A program made the translations under genes and the position numbers. A stretch of 64,000 nt of DNA from Octopus vulgaris. Lineage: Eukaryota. Under the pieces are notes generated by a model. The model made no database searches. It saw nothing but the letters and a program-made list of their open reading frames with translations, and was not told the DNA's origin. This document shows positions 39,383 through 54,262 of this stretch, in pieces. The DNA lies in assembly GCA_951406725.2 (NCBI GenBank), contig OX597823.1, positions 71,734,001 to 71,798,000 of the forward strand, written 5' to 3'. Within the stretch, counting starts at the first letter, position 1; every line of letters starts with the position of its first letter.

Positions 39383-40157
39383 AATGCCCTGATGCAGTAC
39401 CAGGCAGTGGCTCTCATGGCTTCTGATCTTAACTGATTGGAAGTGTTATCATGTACATTGTTTTGTCTTGGTATAAAAGATGGGCTACAGCAAATATTCT
39501 GCTCAATACCACTGATTTGCTTGTCAGTTGTTTGACCGTAACCAGTTGAGCATGTCCCTTAGTGGCTGACAATATGTGCATCTCTGATCACGAGCGGAAG
39601 TAGTGGGGGAGCATCATAGCCATGTGTTGAGAGGGATTCTTTGGGGTTTGAATAATTCACCTCTGGAAACATAGGTGTTTCGTTCAACATCCTTAAACAA
39701 CCCTTATTCAAGGACCTTTTGAGTAGGATGGGTTACTCGACCAGAAGAAAATTCTAACTGGGCCCCACCTACAAGGTCATGTGCTGTTTATCTTGATATG
39801 AGATCACCATGTCGCGCACATATGGTTGTGATGCATGTGCCTGGTGTACCCTTATCAGACGGGTAGTTATGATGGGTATACTGGGCTTCGTATATTTTAC
39901 CCCAGGGTCACTTTGATGGCATGCACTGCTCTCTCACTCAATAATAATAATAATGATAATAATAATAATAATAATAATAATGATGATGATGATGATGATG
40001 ATGACAATATATATCTACTGGAGGAGTTACCTCAATCCTTTATATATTAACCAAAAGGAAGTAGATTGACAAAGTTATTTTTTGAACCTGTTGAAGACAC
40101 ACAAGATGTCGAAATATCGTTCACTAGATGACAAAGCACTCTTCTTTTAATAATAAT

Positions 40158-40200
<43 letters not shown>

Positions 40201-40565
40201 TACATATCTGATCACGAGCAGAAGTAGTGGGAGAGCATCATAGCCATGTGTTGAGATGAATTCTTTGGGGTTTGGATAATTCATTTCTGGAAACATGGGT
40301 ATTTCGTTGAACATCCTTAAACAACTCTTATTCAGGGACCTTTTGAGTAGGATAGGCTACTCGACCTGAAGAAAATTCTAACTGGGCCCCACCTGCAAGA
40401 TCATGTGCTGTTTATCTGGGTGAGATCACTATATTGCGTACATATGGTTGTGATACATGTGCCTGGTGTACGCTTATCAGACGGGTAGTCATGATGGGTA
40501 TACTGGGCTTCGTATATTTGTACACCCAGTGTCACTTTGATGGCATGCACTGCTCTCTCACTCAA
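39383..40565 (+). mobile_element. Two copies of an (AAT)n-tailed dispersed repeat (39383-39945 and truncated 40200-40565), with a third piece at 57990-58410
   Basis: Near-identical sequence TCTGATCACGAGC...GGCATGCACTGCTCTCTCACTCAAT. Confidence 0.75.
40083..40123 (+). ncRNA. Minimal (Penelope-type) hammerhead-like motif
   Basis: UGAAC-CUGUUGA-A-GACA(cacaaga)UGUC-GAAA-UAUC-GUUCA. Stems I and II are perfect, but the core has U at position 6. Confidence 0.6.
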
Positions 40566-40915
40566 TTATAAATAGGAGCAAAAAGAAAATATTCTTTGTC
40601 AATATGCTGAAAAATAGACGCTAAATCGTCTAACCACATAAAATACGATTTAGCGTCTATTTTTCAGCATATTGGCAGAGAAAATGCTTTGCTTTTGCCC
40701 ATGTTTATAATTATATAATGTTCACCTTAAAAGGTATTTTTCTTATGCTGGCCACTGATATAATCTTTTAATAAAATTTTATCCTTACATGACGAAGTGC
40801 TATGCTTGAAACGTCAAAAACACTCTCTTTTTACCAAGCGTCAAACTAATGCATTTCATGTGCGCGTCCTCTTGTTTTGTTAGCTATTTTTAATGTTCAG
40901 TTATTCGATTTAACA

Positions 40916-40968
<53 letters not shown>

Positions 40969-40970
<2 letters not shown>

Positions 40971-41453
40971 TACTCTTATGGAATGTGACCAAATAAGGTG
41001 TATTTTCAACACAACCCTCTTGTGGTCAACACTTCTTCCATCGATGTTGCAGTGCTTGGATTCTATTGTTGCAGAACCTTTTAACCCGTTGCTCAAAACA
41101 GCTGTCAACCGCAGATATGAAGTCAATATCACTGCGATATTGGTTCTCAGCCAATTGTTTTTTCATGCTGGAGAATACATGATAATGAAGTGAGGCCAAA
41201 TCAGGAGAATAAGGAGGCTGATCAACCAGTTCAAGGCCCACAGTTACACACAGCAGCCACTGAAACCAAGGGCTTGTGTACTGGAACATTGTCTTTCAAG
41301 GGCGCCACTAGTTACGTAATTTGAAGTCAGTTTATCTGGAAAGAAACAATCCAGTTATTAATAAGTGTTGGGATTAATGCATGCAGGATTTCAAGGCTCC
41401 AGAATCACTCCTTTATAGTCAAACCATGATTTTTTTTAAAGCCCACTCTCGTA
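40969..41453 (-). mobile_element. Mariner relic (internally deleted)
   Basis: LVDQPPYSPDLASL...ALQHRWKKC. Confidence 0.75.
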
Positions 41454-41879
41454 TGTATGTATGTATGTATGTTTGTATATATGTATGTATATATGTATGT
41501 ATGCATGCATGCTTCCGTTATAATCTTTGATTGATTCATTCAATCATTGTTAAAGATACATGAACAACACCCCACCACTCTTTCAGCCAATTTTTTTATC
41601 TTTATTTTTTTATTTTATAGAAAATACTTTCTCCTTTACTTCCGGATAACCCTTCCTGTTTTCTTTTTCTATCTGTGCGTCAATGATGCGTTGAGCATAG
41701 CATAAATAGCACGAATGCAGCAAAAATTGGGAGCTAATGATGGGGAAGGTTGGACATTAAGAAACTTAATAAATTTAAAATACAATAAGAAATAATAGAT
41801 GAAAAAAAAAGAGAGAAGTATTGTGAGTGGACAGTTACTATGGCAATACTTGTTCATCATTATTTATTCAAGTCTTTTC

Positions 41880-42345
<466 letters not shown>

Positions 42346-42983
42346 ATATACATATATGTATATATATGTTTGTGTATATATATATACACACACACATGCA
42401 CATATAAAGAAACATATATATGTATACATACACAGACACACATATACATATCCATAGACATACATATACACACAAACGCACACGCATAGACATGCACACT
42501 CATATATATAAGGAGAAAGTGAGTGTGAGGGGAGGAAAGAGAGTTCTTGATATTTGTTTTTGGCTACGTTCTTGGCGAAGAAAAAAAAAACCAGAAACGA
42601 AACCTCAGCGAGAATATTAACATTGCAAAAGAAATCTAAAGAAATCTAAAAACAAACAAAAACAGTCATCCGTTAGAAGACGTACGTAGAGAACAATAAT
42701 CTAGCAACTGATTTGAATTTCTATTGAGGCAAATCAAGTAAGTTTTAAGATAATTAATAGTCGCCGAAATATAGGGAAATAAGAGAACTTTAATAGCTGT
42801 GTTATAGAAAAGGCTGGCTACAGTAGCTTTAGGTTCATTGGAAGCAATGTGTATAATAGCAACAGGTTTAAGAAAAAAATGGCACCTTTTTTGAAACAGT
42901 AAACAAGATGTTTCAGACATTGTTTTCAATGTGTATCAGTGACGATAGCGAAGACTAAATGCCTATGTTACAAAGTCGAAATA

Positions 42984-43549
42984 TTGGGTTGTCCGGAAAG
43001 TTCGTGCCGATTTTTAAAGGAAAGAGAAAGGTCAATAAATACTTGCCATAACATTTTTAATCAACCAAATATGAACCATTTTGTTGCACAATGCGTCTCC
43101 ATCTTTCCTTTAACTTGAAAATACCCTCTTCCCAGAATTGAGGTGGTTTCATGGCAAAGAATTCATCAAGGTATCTTTTTACGTCATTCAAGGAATTGAA
43201 ATTTTTACCATTAAGACTATTTTGCAAAGACCTGAATAAGTGGAAATCTGAAGGAGCAATATCTGGTGAATATGGAGGATGGGTTAAAACATACCAGCCG
43301 AACTGCAGCAATTTTTGTCTGGTTCCCAAAGCATCAAGTGGCGAAAATGAACTTTCTTATCTTCCATTTTAAAGGGTTACAGAATTAACACAGGTTATAG
43401 GAACATAAACCTTCTTCCACGAAAAGATAGCTTAAACTGTGCTCTAAATGGAGGTGTAGTTAAATCTTATTTTATGAACTCAACCACTCTCTAAAATAAG
43501 TCGAAATGTAAGCTACTATAAATCGGCACGAACTTTCCGGACAATCCAA
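42984..43549 (-). mobile_element. Internally deleted mariner with TIRs and TA TSDs
   Basis: TIR TTGGGTTGTCCGGAAAGTTCGTGCCGATTT at both ends (1 mismatch). N-terminus MEDKKVHFRHLMLWE is joined out of frame to HPPYSPDIAPSDFHLF. Confidence 0.92.
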
Positions 43550-43622
43550 TAGAATAATAGGCTTCACTCAGTGATAGAGTAACAGCAGCAATAATTAAGA
43601 GCTATTGGAGCATACACACACA

Positions 43623-43718
<96 letters not shown>

Positions 43719-44509
43719 AAACACACCAGGCCTGTCGCTAGATTTTGGTGCCCTGGGGCGCTTGAGAACATTCTGGATGGGCACTAAATTGTCTCGCGGG
43801 AAGATTTTTGTAAACTATATTTTCCAAATCTGAGGTTGCACCATTGAATAGTGAGGGGTCACTGCTGTCCTTTGAGTACCCCTCCCTTGGCGACGCACAC
43901 ACACACACTCACTCTCACTCATTCACTCGCGCGCACTTTTATTGTCTGGTGTTGTTTCTTTTACCCATATTTTCTGTATGGAGAATTACTTCGCGAAGTT
44001 ATTGTCTTTCCATGTCGGAATGTATACAAACATGTCAAGTATAAATGTACACGACTACATTTCATTCTATGCTGCTTGGTATACCTATAATTATTTTATT
44101 ACAGCTTCATAAAGCTTTACGCCTTCCAGCAAATGTATCATTTATTATTATGATATAAGAGCGAACTGTACGATGGATCAGTATATGTAGCTAATGAAGC
44201 GTAATAACGCAGAAACCCATGCGTCCTACGGTTCTCACCTTAGTCACATGGTCAAATGCTGTATTTACACTTATTTCTTATATGGAGAATTTCTTCTCCC
44301 GTGACAGCTTGTGCAGCGCATTGTCTTTAGATGCCTGTATATACACGAAAATGTTAGATATGACAATACCCTTTTACTTGTTTCAGTCATTTGACTGGAG
44401 CAACGCCTTTAGTCAAGCAAATCGACCCCAATCGGTTTTTTTTGCTGAACCGCTAAATTACAGGGACGTGGTTGTCAAGCGATGTTGAGGGGGACAAACA
44501 CAGACACTT

Positions 44510-44580
<71 letters not shown>

Positions 44581-44899
44581 TATATATATATACATATACA
44601 TATATACGACGGGCTTCTTTCTGTTTCCGCCTACCAAATCCACTCACACGACCTTGGTCGGCCCGAGGCTATAGAAGAAGACACTTGTCCAAGGTGCCAC
44701 GCAGTGGGACTGAACCCGGAACCATGTGGTTCGTAAGCAAGCTACTTACCACACAGCCACTCCTGCGCCAATAAATAACTATATTACATTCATCGATGCT
44801 TAGTTCGCCTCGTATTAATTTATTTCAACTTAAGTGAAAGTTTTTTGCACATCAGCCAATGTACACGTTGGCTCTATTCTAATGTAAACGTGGCACGCT

Positions 44900-46000
44900 C
44901 TTAGATACCATGAAAGAGGAAGCTGATTACAAAGATAACTCTCACCTTGAAATATACCTTTTGGTATTGTATCCAGTCAGTGACATTATAAAGACCTCCT
45001 GCATTTAACTCCATATAGGAAGAAACCAAGTTTTCTATTGCTTTCATTATAATCAGTGGAACAGTAATATGTCGAACGAGCTCAAGTATCAACGAGTGGG
45101 GAATAGATTCAAATACTTTCTTGTAATCCAGCCAGATTATAACCAAATTTCCCCTTCCGAATACCACTACACCTCTGCTATCAAAGATCCTAAACTCACT
45201 TCTCAGTTGTTTGTATAGCATTCATAATATATTAGTGATCTTGAAGAAATAAGATGTTTTTCGTCATGTGGACAGTTTTGTTTTTTCATATAAGATTTGT
45301 TTCTGACCACCAACCAGATTCATACTTTAATATTTCTAACGAGACTTTTCTGCTAAATGTTGATGAGATACCCTCAATAATTAAGTCCCTTTCTGGTGCT
45401 CTCCTGTCCTGAAGTTTTTCTCTCAAAATCTCGAGGTCTTCATCATTAATACTTTATACTTTTGGTGTAATACGAAGACAAAATTGGTTTCATATTTCTT
45501 GTAGCTACACTGCATCATGTTTCAACTATATTGCCCATAGACCAGATTTTCTCCAGACTGAATCGACTTTTTTCCCGAGGAGCCTCCGTGACGTTCATTC
45601 AGAGCGCTCTCATTTCTCTGTTGACTGTTAACAGATTTCTAGATAATTATTTTTCTTTCAGCTAATTACAACGCTGGCATTTCTCATCCACAGTTTTTAA
45701 CTCCTGTTTGAGTGAGGTCAATTTATACTTAATTGTTTTCTCTTTTACTGACTCTCATTACTTACCTTAGTTTTTACTTTTTGTTAGTGAGGAATGGCGT
45801 TAATTAAACTGCTTGCATGCGATAAGCATCGTCCCATAACCGATAGTCTTCTATATATTTTTTCTGCTTCCTAAATCCATGAACTGCTTTTTATTGTTTT
45901 GCATTCGTCTACTTTAATTTCTCCAAGTTATTGCTTTATTGGAAGTGTTTATAGACAAGCGTTGATACACCAAAATGAAAGGGCATTAGCTCCAAGTTAA
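44900..46000 (-). mobile_element. R4/Dong-like LINE RT remnant
   Basis: WLDYKKVFESIPHSLI and GIFQGES-like RT motifs, heavily degenerate. Confidence 0.55.
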
Positions 46001-47412
46001 CGTGAGTCTCTCATTATTACTAGTTAAAGGTGATATGTTGTGTAATGTGAAAAATGGAAGACTTAGAATATTTCAATAGAAGTACATTTCAAATATTTAT
46101 ACTCATCGCTGTCCCAGTAAGCAGTAACCTTATGAATACATAGAATTCATACATGCATACATACAAAGCATGCATACATACATACATACATACATACATA
46201 CATACATACATACATACATGCATAGATACATACAAACATACATACATACATACATACATACATACATACATACATACATACATACATACATACATACATA
46301 CATACATACATACATACAGACAGACAGAAAGGCAGGCAGATAGACAGACAGACAGAGAGAAAGGCAGGCAGGCAGACAGATAGACAGACAGACAGAGTGA
46401 TTGTTTCATCATCACAGATGATCGCTGTCTTGTTTAGGGGTCAGTAAAACTGCTCACAAATGCACAAATGTAGGTTTTTTTTATACGGCATTTGATGTAG
46501 TTCTTATTTCGTTAGCATATTCCAGTTTCCATGTCACCGAACGAAAAGTGTTTTGGAAGATTCTCATTTTTTATCTGCTTAGTATGCTTTGCCTACCGAA
46601 TTTTGCTAGTGATGATCTCTGATTTAGTAGTAGGACAGCGAATTCTATGACATATTGTGGTGTTTGGTGTTCAAATATGTTACTTGATATTGAATATAAG
46701 CTTCAAATATTTGTAGTGGAATTTTTCAAGCACCTAATCGTTTGTTGTCCGTGTGTCAGGCAAGTATAAAAGGACAACGAGGACAATCATCTTTTAGAAA
46801 TGACTTAATCTTTGGAAACTCTGATCCATTCCAAAGAAAGACAACCTCCCTGAACCTGTCAACTCTACTCTATTGCATTTCTTGAAGGGAGACAACCGTT
46901 TTTTCCAACACGTTGAATTTCCTTCTTCCCTTAGTGACCAGCTGCATTTTAACTTATATAATAAATATAATATTCTTAGCTTGTACTAGAATTATGTATG
47001 TAACTTAACATGAAGTTTTTTTTAGTATATATTACTTAATTGGAATAGGATTTGACTTAGATGTTTCTTAAATAAATATGTAAATTAATAAATAATTTAA
47101 TTTAATGTATATAGAATAAATTATAGTATTTTAGTTTTCACCTAATTTATATTTTGTATTTTATATATATCTATATATATTTATATGTTTTAAATAATTT
47201 AATTAATTGTATTTTATTTTCTAGTAATAATGATATTTTATAGTTTGTTATTCTTTATTATAATAAGTTAAAATTTTATCTTTATAGATATAATAAATAT
47301 TTATACCTATTTATTCTATTTTTATTTACACTAGCATATATTTGTTAAGATATTTCGTATTTTACAAGATTATATACGTATATTTATTTAATTATTTTAC
47401 TGTTTTTATCGT

Positions 47413-47495
47413 TGACCTGAGGAGTGGCTATATTTAAATTGAATTGATTTTAGTGTTATCAGTTCTTAAATATAGCCACAAAAGACGTGCAGTCA
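47413..47495 (+). ncRNA. Decayed hammerhead-like motif with a long stem II
   Basis: UGAC-CUGAGGA, perfect 14-bp stem (47424-47437/47466-47479), AAAA instead of GAAA, then gacgugca-GUCA. Confidence 0.5.
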
Positions 47496-47650
47496 TTTTA
47501 CCAAATATATACGTTTTATTTATTATTTTGTACAGTACTTAATCATTGGTATAAGTTTTTATCTTATATTTGATTTTTTCTTTAGGATGTAATTATTTTC
47601 TAAAGGGTATAATTACATCTTTTCATTGTTGAATTGATAAAAGGTGGGTT

Positions 47651-47716
<66 letters not shown>

Positions 47717-47880
47717 TTTGTGAAATTTGACTTAGTATATCTAAATTGAATTTTCCCCTGTATGTTTGGAATTTTATTCTCTTATAATCACCCTGCATAT
47801 TTTTATGGGTAATACCATAAAATATTCTGGTGCATCTAAATTAAGTACCATATTCATTTGAATCTAAATTGTTTGCTGAA

Positions 47881-47927
<47 letters not shown>

Positions 47928-48168
47928 TTCATCTTCTTTTTTTTTATTTGATTGAGTTATAAGACAGCGGCCATGGTTGGGCATCGCCTTGAAGAATATT
48001 TAGTCGAATGTATTGACCTCACTGCTTATTTATTTAAAGCCTGGTGCATATACTAGCGAATTTTTTTGATGAACCGCCAAGTTACGGGGACGTAAACACA
48101 CCAGTATCGTTTGTCAAGTGGTGATGGTGGGACAAACATAGACACGAAGACATACGTACACACAAACA

Positions 48169-48206
<38 letters not shown>

Positions 48207-49855
48207 GCACACACAATATACATATGTACATATTTATTTACATACACATATGCAACTGGTTTCTTTTAATTTCCGTTTACCAAATCCACTGAGAAGGCTT
48301 TGGTTGGCCCAAGGTTTTAGCAGCAAATACTTGCCCGAAGTGCCACACAGTGGGACTGGACCCCGAATCATGTGGTTGGGAAGCAAGCATATTACCACAC
48401 AGCCACGCCTGCGCGTATGTAAATGAAATATTTTTACTTAGTGGGCATTAATGGAAAGTAAGATTTTTGCGACGATGTGGTGCAGAGGCATTTCACACGA
48501 TCAAGCTGAATGGCTTTAATCGAATATATGAAAGCATTATAGTGTTGATTTTGCATTATAACACATCTGGTTTCCTCAGGGTATTGCTTAAAGGACGACT
48601 TATCTCTCAGCAAGATCAGCATTAATGACATAACGCTATACAACGAGCATCGTTTATGGATAGTTCCACCAAAATACCTTATTAAAAAAATAGATGCATA
48701 TTTCATGACTTCTTTTATAATTTTCATTTCACTGATATTATCTTTAGTGTCTTTTTAGAAAATAGACCAATTTCTTCGTTATAAACGTATTTTTATTCTT
48801 GCTTTTAGGGATAAAACTTTAAATTTATAAAGAAACAATTTATTCCCGAGCGAATTGGTGGTGTAAGAGGCGGTAGGTTTATACAGGAATTGAAACTGGT
48901 ACTTGTACCTCGCTTCAGAGGAAAATTCTCCCCTCCGACAATTTTCTGAAAGCTTATATTAGATTATGTTGTTTTTACACCAAAACCAATTATCCTTTTT
49001 GCGCCCACAAACTTTTAATAAACAAATTGATCCAAAGATCAAACAATAGCGTAAAGTCTTTAATCATGTGTTGTAAGGAAGGAATAAAAAATTTCGACAT
49101 TTCGGACAATAGTCCTTTGTAAAAAAAAAAAAAAAAAGATGGAAAAAAAAAAGAAAAAAGAAATAAAAATAAAAATAACGCAAAATATAAAAATGTACCA
49201 AAACCTGGCTTGGAATCGATATTCTGTGAAGGATGTTGTACATTGAAGAATGCAGCCATCAGTTGATTACTGGTACTTATATTGTTAATTCTAGAGGATA
49301 AAATTATAGTTTTCTCATGCAGTAGAGAAGTAGAATTAAACACCATAAGGTGATTAATCGACATTCAAATCATTTTACACCAACATCGTATTGCCGCTGC
49401 TTTCGTAATTCCCAAAACAGTTGAATTTTGTTGGTAACGTTTACACGAAAGCAGTGAACTCCACAAGATTCATTACATTTATTCCTGTTATATAAATTTG
49501 AAATCATATATTTTGTCTCAAGGATTATATGTCATCTGAAAGTAGATTCAAGCAACTGCAACTGGTTTGTGCTTCTCCCCCAAAGAAACAATTGCTGTAG
49601 ACTACTGAAATGAAACAATTTCGTGGGTTTTAACCAGACAAATAAAATAATATCAAATCAATTTATAGCAATTTTTGGAGGTGAAAAAAATTAACACAGA
49701 GAAAGCAAGGTGAATGCTCAACAAATTTTATTGTATGAATGACTACAAACTAAGAAGAGAGAATAGTACAGGAAGCTGCTCTAAATAGGGCCTACTTAAC
49801 CTTGTCATTAGTTTTCTTTTCAAATAACAATAACAATAACAGTGATAATAACAAT

Positions 49856-49913
<58 letters not shown>

Positions 49914-50348
49914 GGGAAAAGAAAGGAAAAGGTGAAAAAAGGAAGAGAAATCGAGAAATCAATGTTATAAGTGTTGGTGGAGGAGAAAGGAAGGGTTAAT
50001 GAATTTTTTCAAGATAACAAGACACATACACACAAACACACACACACATACATCACAACAACAACTGTTGCATTTGTAATTGTGATATTCTTTGTATTAC
50101 TACAAGAAACAGCAAAAATATAAGCAACGGGATATTGGTGTCGTTCGTAACATTCATGCCTTTCTCAAGGGGGTGTAAGTGAAGTGAACCAAGATTCAAA
50201 ATCGTGTCTTGTACCAAACCTGGCAGGAGCTTGTTTCTTGCTTTACAGTACACAAAAGCAAAAGACACACATATACACATACATACACAGACATACACAC
50301 ACACACGCATATGCACTCATTCACTCACAAATACATGCGGAGACACAT

Positions 50349-50400
<52 letters not shown>

Positions 50401-50411
50401 TACATACATAC

Positions 50412-50459
<48 letters not shown>

Positions 50460-50494
50460 CATATATAACATATATATATGTATATATATATATG

Positions 50495-50609
<115 letters not shown>

Positions 50610-50657
50610 TGTTGTAGCGTTAAGGTTACGAAAACGTACAAGTGCCAATATGTCTTC

Positions 50658-50724
<67 letters not shown>

Positions 50725-51208
50725 GTTACGGAAGCGGTTCATAACAGACCTGCGACTTACGACACAGAACCGGGACGCTGTTTTTATAACTCGACCAAAC
50801 ATTGGTGAGTAGGTGGTACTTCTAAAACTCTTTCATATTCACTGAATTACTGTACTAGGAAATATATGATAGAATGCTCTGCTGGTTGTACATGTTACAA
50901 AGAACGATGAGGGGAAAGAAAACAGAATGGTGTGTTTAATAAAGTGCCTTTGTACAATATTCTTATTTTATATGTACGATTTCAAATCAAATCACTGGAC
51001 AAGTATATACAGGAATACAATTAAATAAAATTTAATTGTTTATGTTAGTGGTATGCCCTTTTCGTTCAAAACGGGATTCTGAAGGCGGGAGCAATGGCGA
51101 TATTAAAATATTTGACATAAACAGCACAGAGGTATACTGGCCTTTCATTAAAAATCTTCCAGTTGTGTTGTTCTTTCCAACATCACTCTTTGTTGCCGAT
51201 AGTATCGA

Positions 51209-51253
<45 letters not shown>

Positions 51254-51906
51254 TATATCCTGGCATAGTAACCCAGTAAACATGAAGAAACTTTAAAAGT
51301 ACAACTTAGTCACTGACGTACACACATATGGAGGCACAATAAACGGGAATTTTTTTTAGAGCTACAATGAATCTATTTGCAATTAGCATACTCCCAGAAA
51401 CGGGTGTAGTATTTATCTAGAGGTAGATCAAAATAACGATGACGGTGGCGATACAGAATTATTGCTGATGATGTTGATGATGAGGGTAACTACTACTGTT
51501 ATCTTCATCATCTTCATCATCATCATTTTCTTCTGGAACATAGCAGTGCCAACAATAAAACACAATAACAGCGGCAAAACGGATTGTGATAGAAAAATTC
51601 AAGTCATTGACAGAACGTTGATGAAATAAAATAGTAAAGCACATCAGCGTTATTATCAAAATCATCAACATCACCAACAAAAATAACAAGAGCAATGGTT
51701 CCAAGTTGTGGAACACATTTTTAGATGCGTGTTGTAGTCAAGTGACTTTAACCATATATATATAACTGCTAACGACTCTGAAACAAGGAAAGGCAAATTC
51801 AAACACGACAGGATTAGAATTCAGAAGATACTAGGATGAAAGTGAAAACTGAAAGGCTTTTTTATCCGTCGCTCTACCTAATCTGTCATTCCACAGCCGC
51901 AAAAAC

Positions 51907-51956
<50 letters not shown>

Positions 51957-52444
51957 TATAATAATAATAATAATAATAATAATGATTTCAAATTTTTTTC
52001 CCCAAGGATCAGCTTGGGGGTGGGGATCAAGTCGATTACGTTGAACCCCAATGTGTAACTGCTACTTATTTAATCGACCCCGAAAGGATGAAAGGCAAAG
52101 TAGATCTCAGCGGAATTTGAACTCAGAACTAGCGGTAGACGAAATACTGCTAAGCATTTCGCCCGGTGTGCCAGCTCGCCGCCTAAATAATAATAATGAT
52201 AATAATAATAATAACAACAACAACAACAACAGCAACAACCCCAGTGATCAGCTGGTATTAAAGGCACAACGCCTGAAATTTTGGGGGAGGGTGGTCTAGT
52301 CGGCTAGACGTTTTGCAGTAGTGCGTCAGCAGGTGGAAGGACAACGCCTCGCCGTTGCTATTTCCAGCCAGAACACATAAACACGGTATTGTATGTGTTG
52401 CTCCCTTTATTTGATTTACATTTTTTATTTTGATTACTCACGTA

Positions 52445-52875
52445 ACCATGCCTTCAAAACATAAAACCCAATGCGAGCGATGGCTTTGCATCACAGAAAA
52501 GAAAGCAAGAGAACATGTTTAAAATGAAGAGAAAACGATCGGCGAGCGGCGAAATTTTTGTCCGTCAAACAACCGGGATAATTTTAAAAGAAAAAATGAG
52601 ATTAATGGAGAGCGTAATAAGCTGTGTAACGACGAAAGCTACGATTATCACTGGTTTCACAATTATCGCATTTTCCGAAATGGAATTGGTAATTTGGTTA
52701 GAGGATCAACATCGTCGTAGTACGCTTATTAGCCTTGGTTTAGTGCAAGAAAAATCTCCAAAATATTTTACTCACTTGAAAGCTTCACATGCAATGAGGG
52801 AAGGTGTTGTGAAGAAAAAAATTATTACGAGTAGAGATTGACTCAATTGTTTTATAGGGTGATGGTAAATTTTAA
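52445..52875 (+). mobile_element. Tigger/pogo transposase relic (CENP-B-type HTH region)
   Basis: MELVIWLEDQHRRSTLISLGLVQEK...LKA...TSRD resembles the Tigger LxxWxEDQ...IQEKA...ASRGW motifs. Confidence 0.65.
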
Positions 52876-52903
52876 CAAAAATAATAAAAAAAACTTTAGT
52901 TAC

Positions 52904-52942
<39 letters not shown>

Positions 52943-54004
52943 GTTTAAGATGTCTAGGTAAAAAATATATACTATATACCGAGACGAATAGTTGACTACA
53001 TGACGCTAAATACGAACGTATGCAACCGTTCTGAGTCACAAAGGGACGCATAAACTCGTCCAAAATTCGGGAATGCCTGTGCGTTCGAGTGTGTATGTGT
53101 GTGTGTATGTGTGTATGTGAGTGTGTGCGTGCATATATATATATACATATATATAATATATGTATATATACATATACACACACACGCGCATATATATATA
53201 TATATGTATGTAGTCGTGCACACATATTTATGTGTGTGTGTGCGTGTATATACACACGCATACACACAACGGAACACACAGGTATCGAAAAAAAAGGGTA
53301 GAGCAAATACTACTGGAATACCAAAGGTGAAGAAATTTCTATTTTATTGAAGCTGAAAACAACTTAACAAACTGTTACTCATCAGAGCGTTGTGATAATT
53401 CTGACAGGTCTGATGAACAGTTACGTGAAACCCTGAGTAACAGTTTGCGATGTTGTTTCTGGTTCCAATAACATAATGTGAGTATGTGTGTGTGCGTGTG
53501 TGTGTGTGTGTGTGTGTCTATATCTACCTGTCTGTTTACGTACTTAGAATCAGACATGCATACACACATAATACATACATCCTAATTACGTACATATATG
53601 AAACTCATAACTAGTTTAAGACCAACGTTACAGAATAACCAGAGATAAAGTATTAGTAACAAATTCAGATAAACCCCAAGATATCTGTAATATCTATTGA
53701 CCGTAATGACAGCCACTAGAAAACATAATCACTGTTTCACGAAAGAACACGCCAACGACAATAATCAGCAGCAAATATCCAGGATAACTTCACATTCATG
53801 TCGTAATTATAGAGTAGATTTACTATGAATGTCCCCAACGACTTCTGTAAACTTCTGTAAACCCAGATTAAATCGTCTATTCTTCTAACTGCTAACTAAC
53901 AAAATGATAATCTAGTGAAGCCGTTTAAGTTGATCTATGTTTTTTGAGTACCTGGGTTGCACCTAGATGGACTTAGAAACCCATTAGTTCTGTATGCGCT
54001 AGAG

Positions 54005-54262
54005 CAGTAGTTTTCAACTATCTTTTATCTATGGATCTCTTTCGTTCTTATTTTACTCCGGTGGACTCCACCCCATTACTATTCAATGTTTAAAATGTCC
54101 TATTATACTTTTATTATTAAATATTATTAGGAATTGCAGTCAAAGCATTGTTAAAATATTCGGTGTATTGTAGAAGTATAAATAATTCATTGTTCATAAA
54201 CTTAAACAAAATATCTTATATTGACCACCAAGAGCCATATGGACCACGGTTGAGAACCACTG
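54005..54262. mobile_element. hAT-Charlie-like MITE
   Basis: TIRs CAGTAGTTTTCAAC / GTTGAGAACCACTG, imperfect 8-bp flanks CGCTAGAG / TGCTAAAC. Confidence 0.65.

Noticed and set aside
49092-49125. GGAC-tatt-GTCC-GAAA-TGTC on the minus strand
   Set aside because: The CUGANGA core is lost. It is counted only as a decayed relic, not as a ribozyme.
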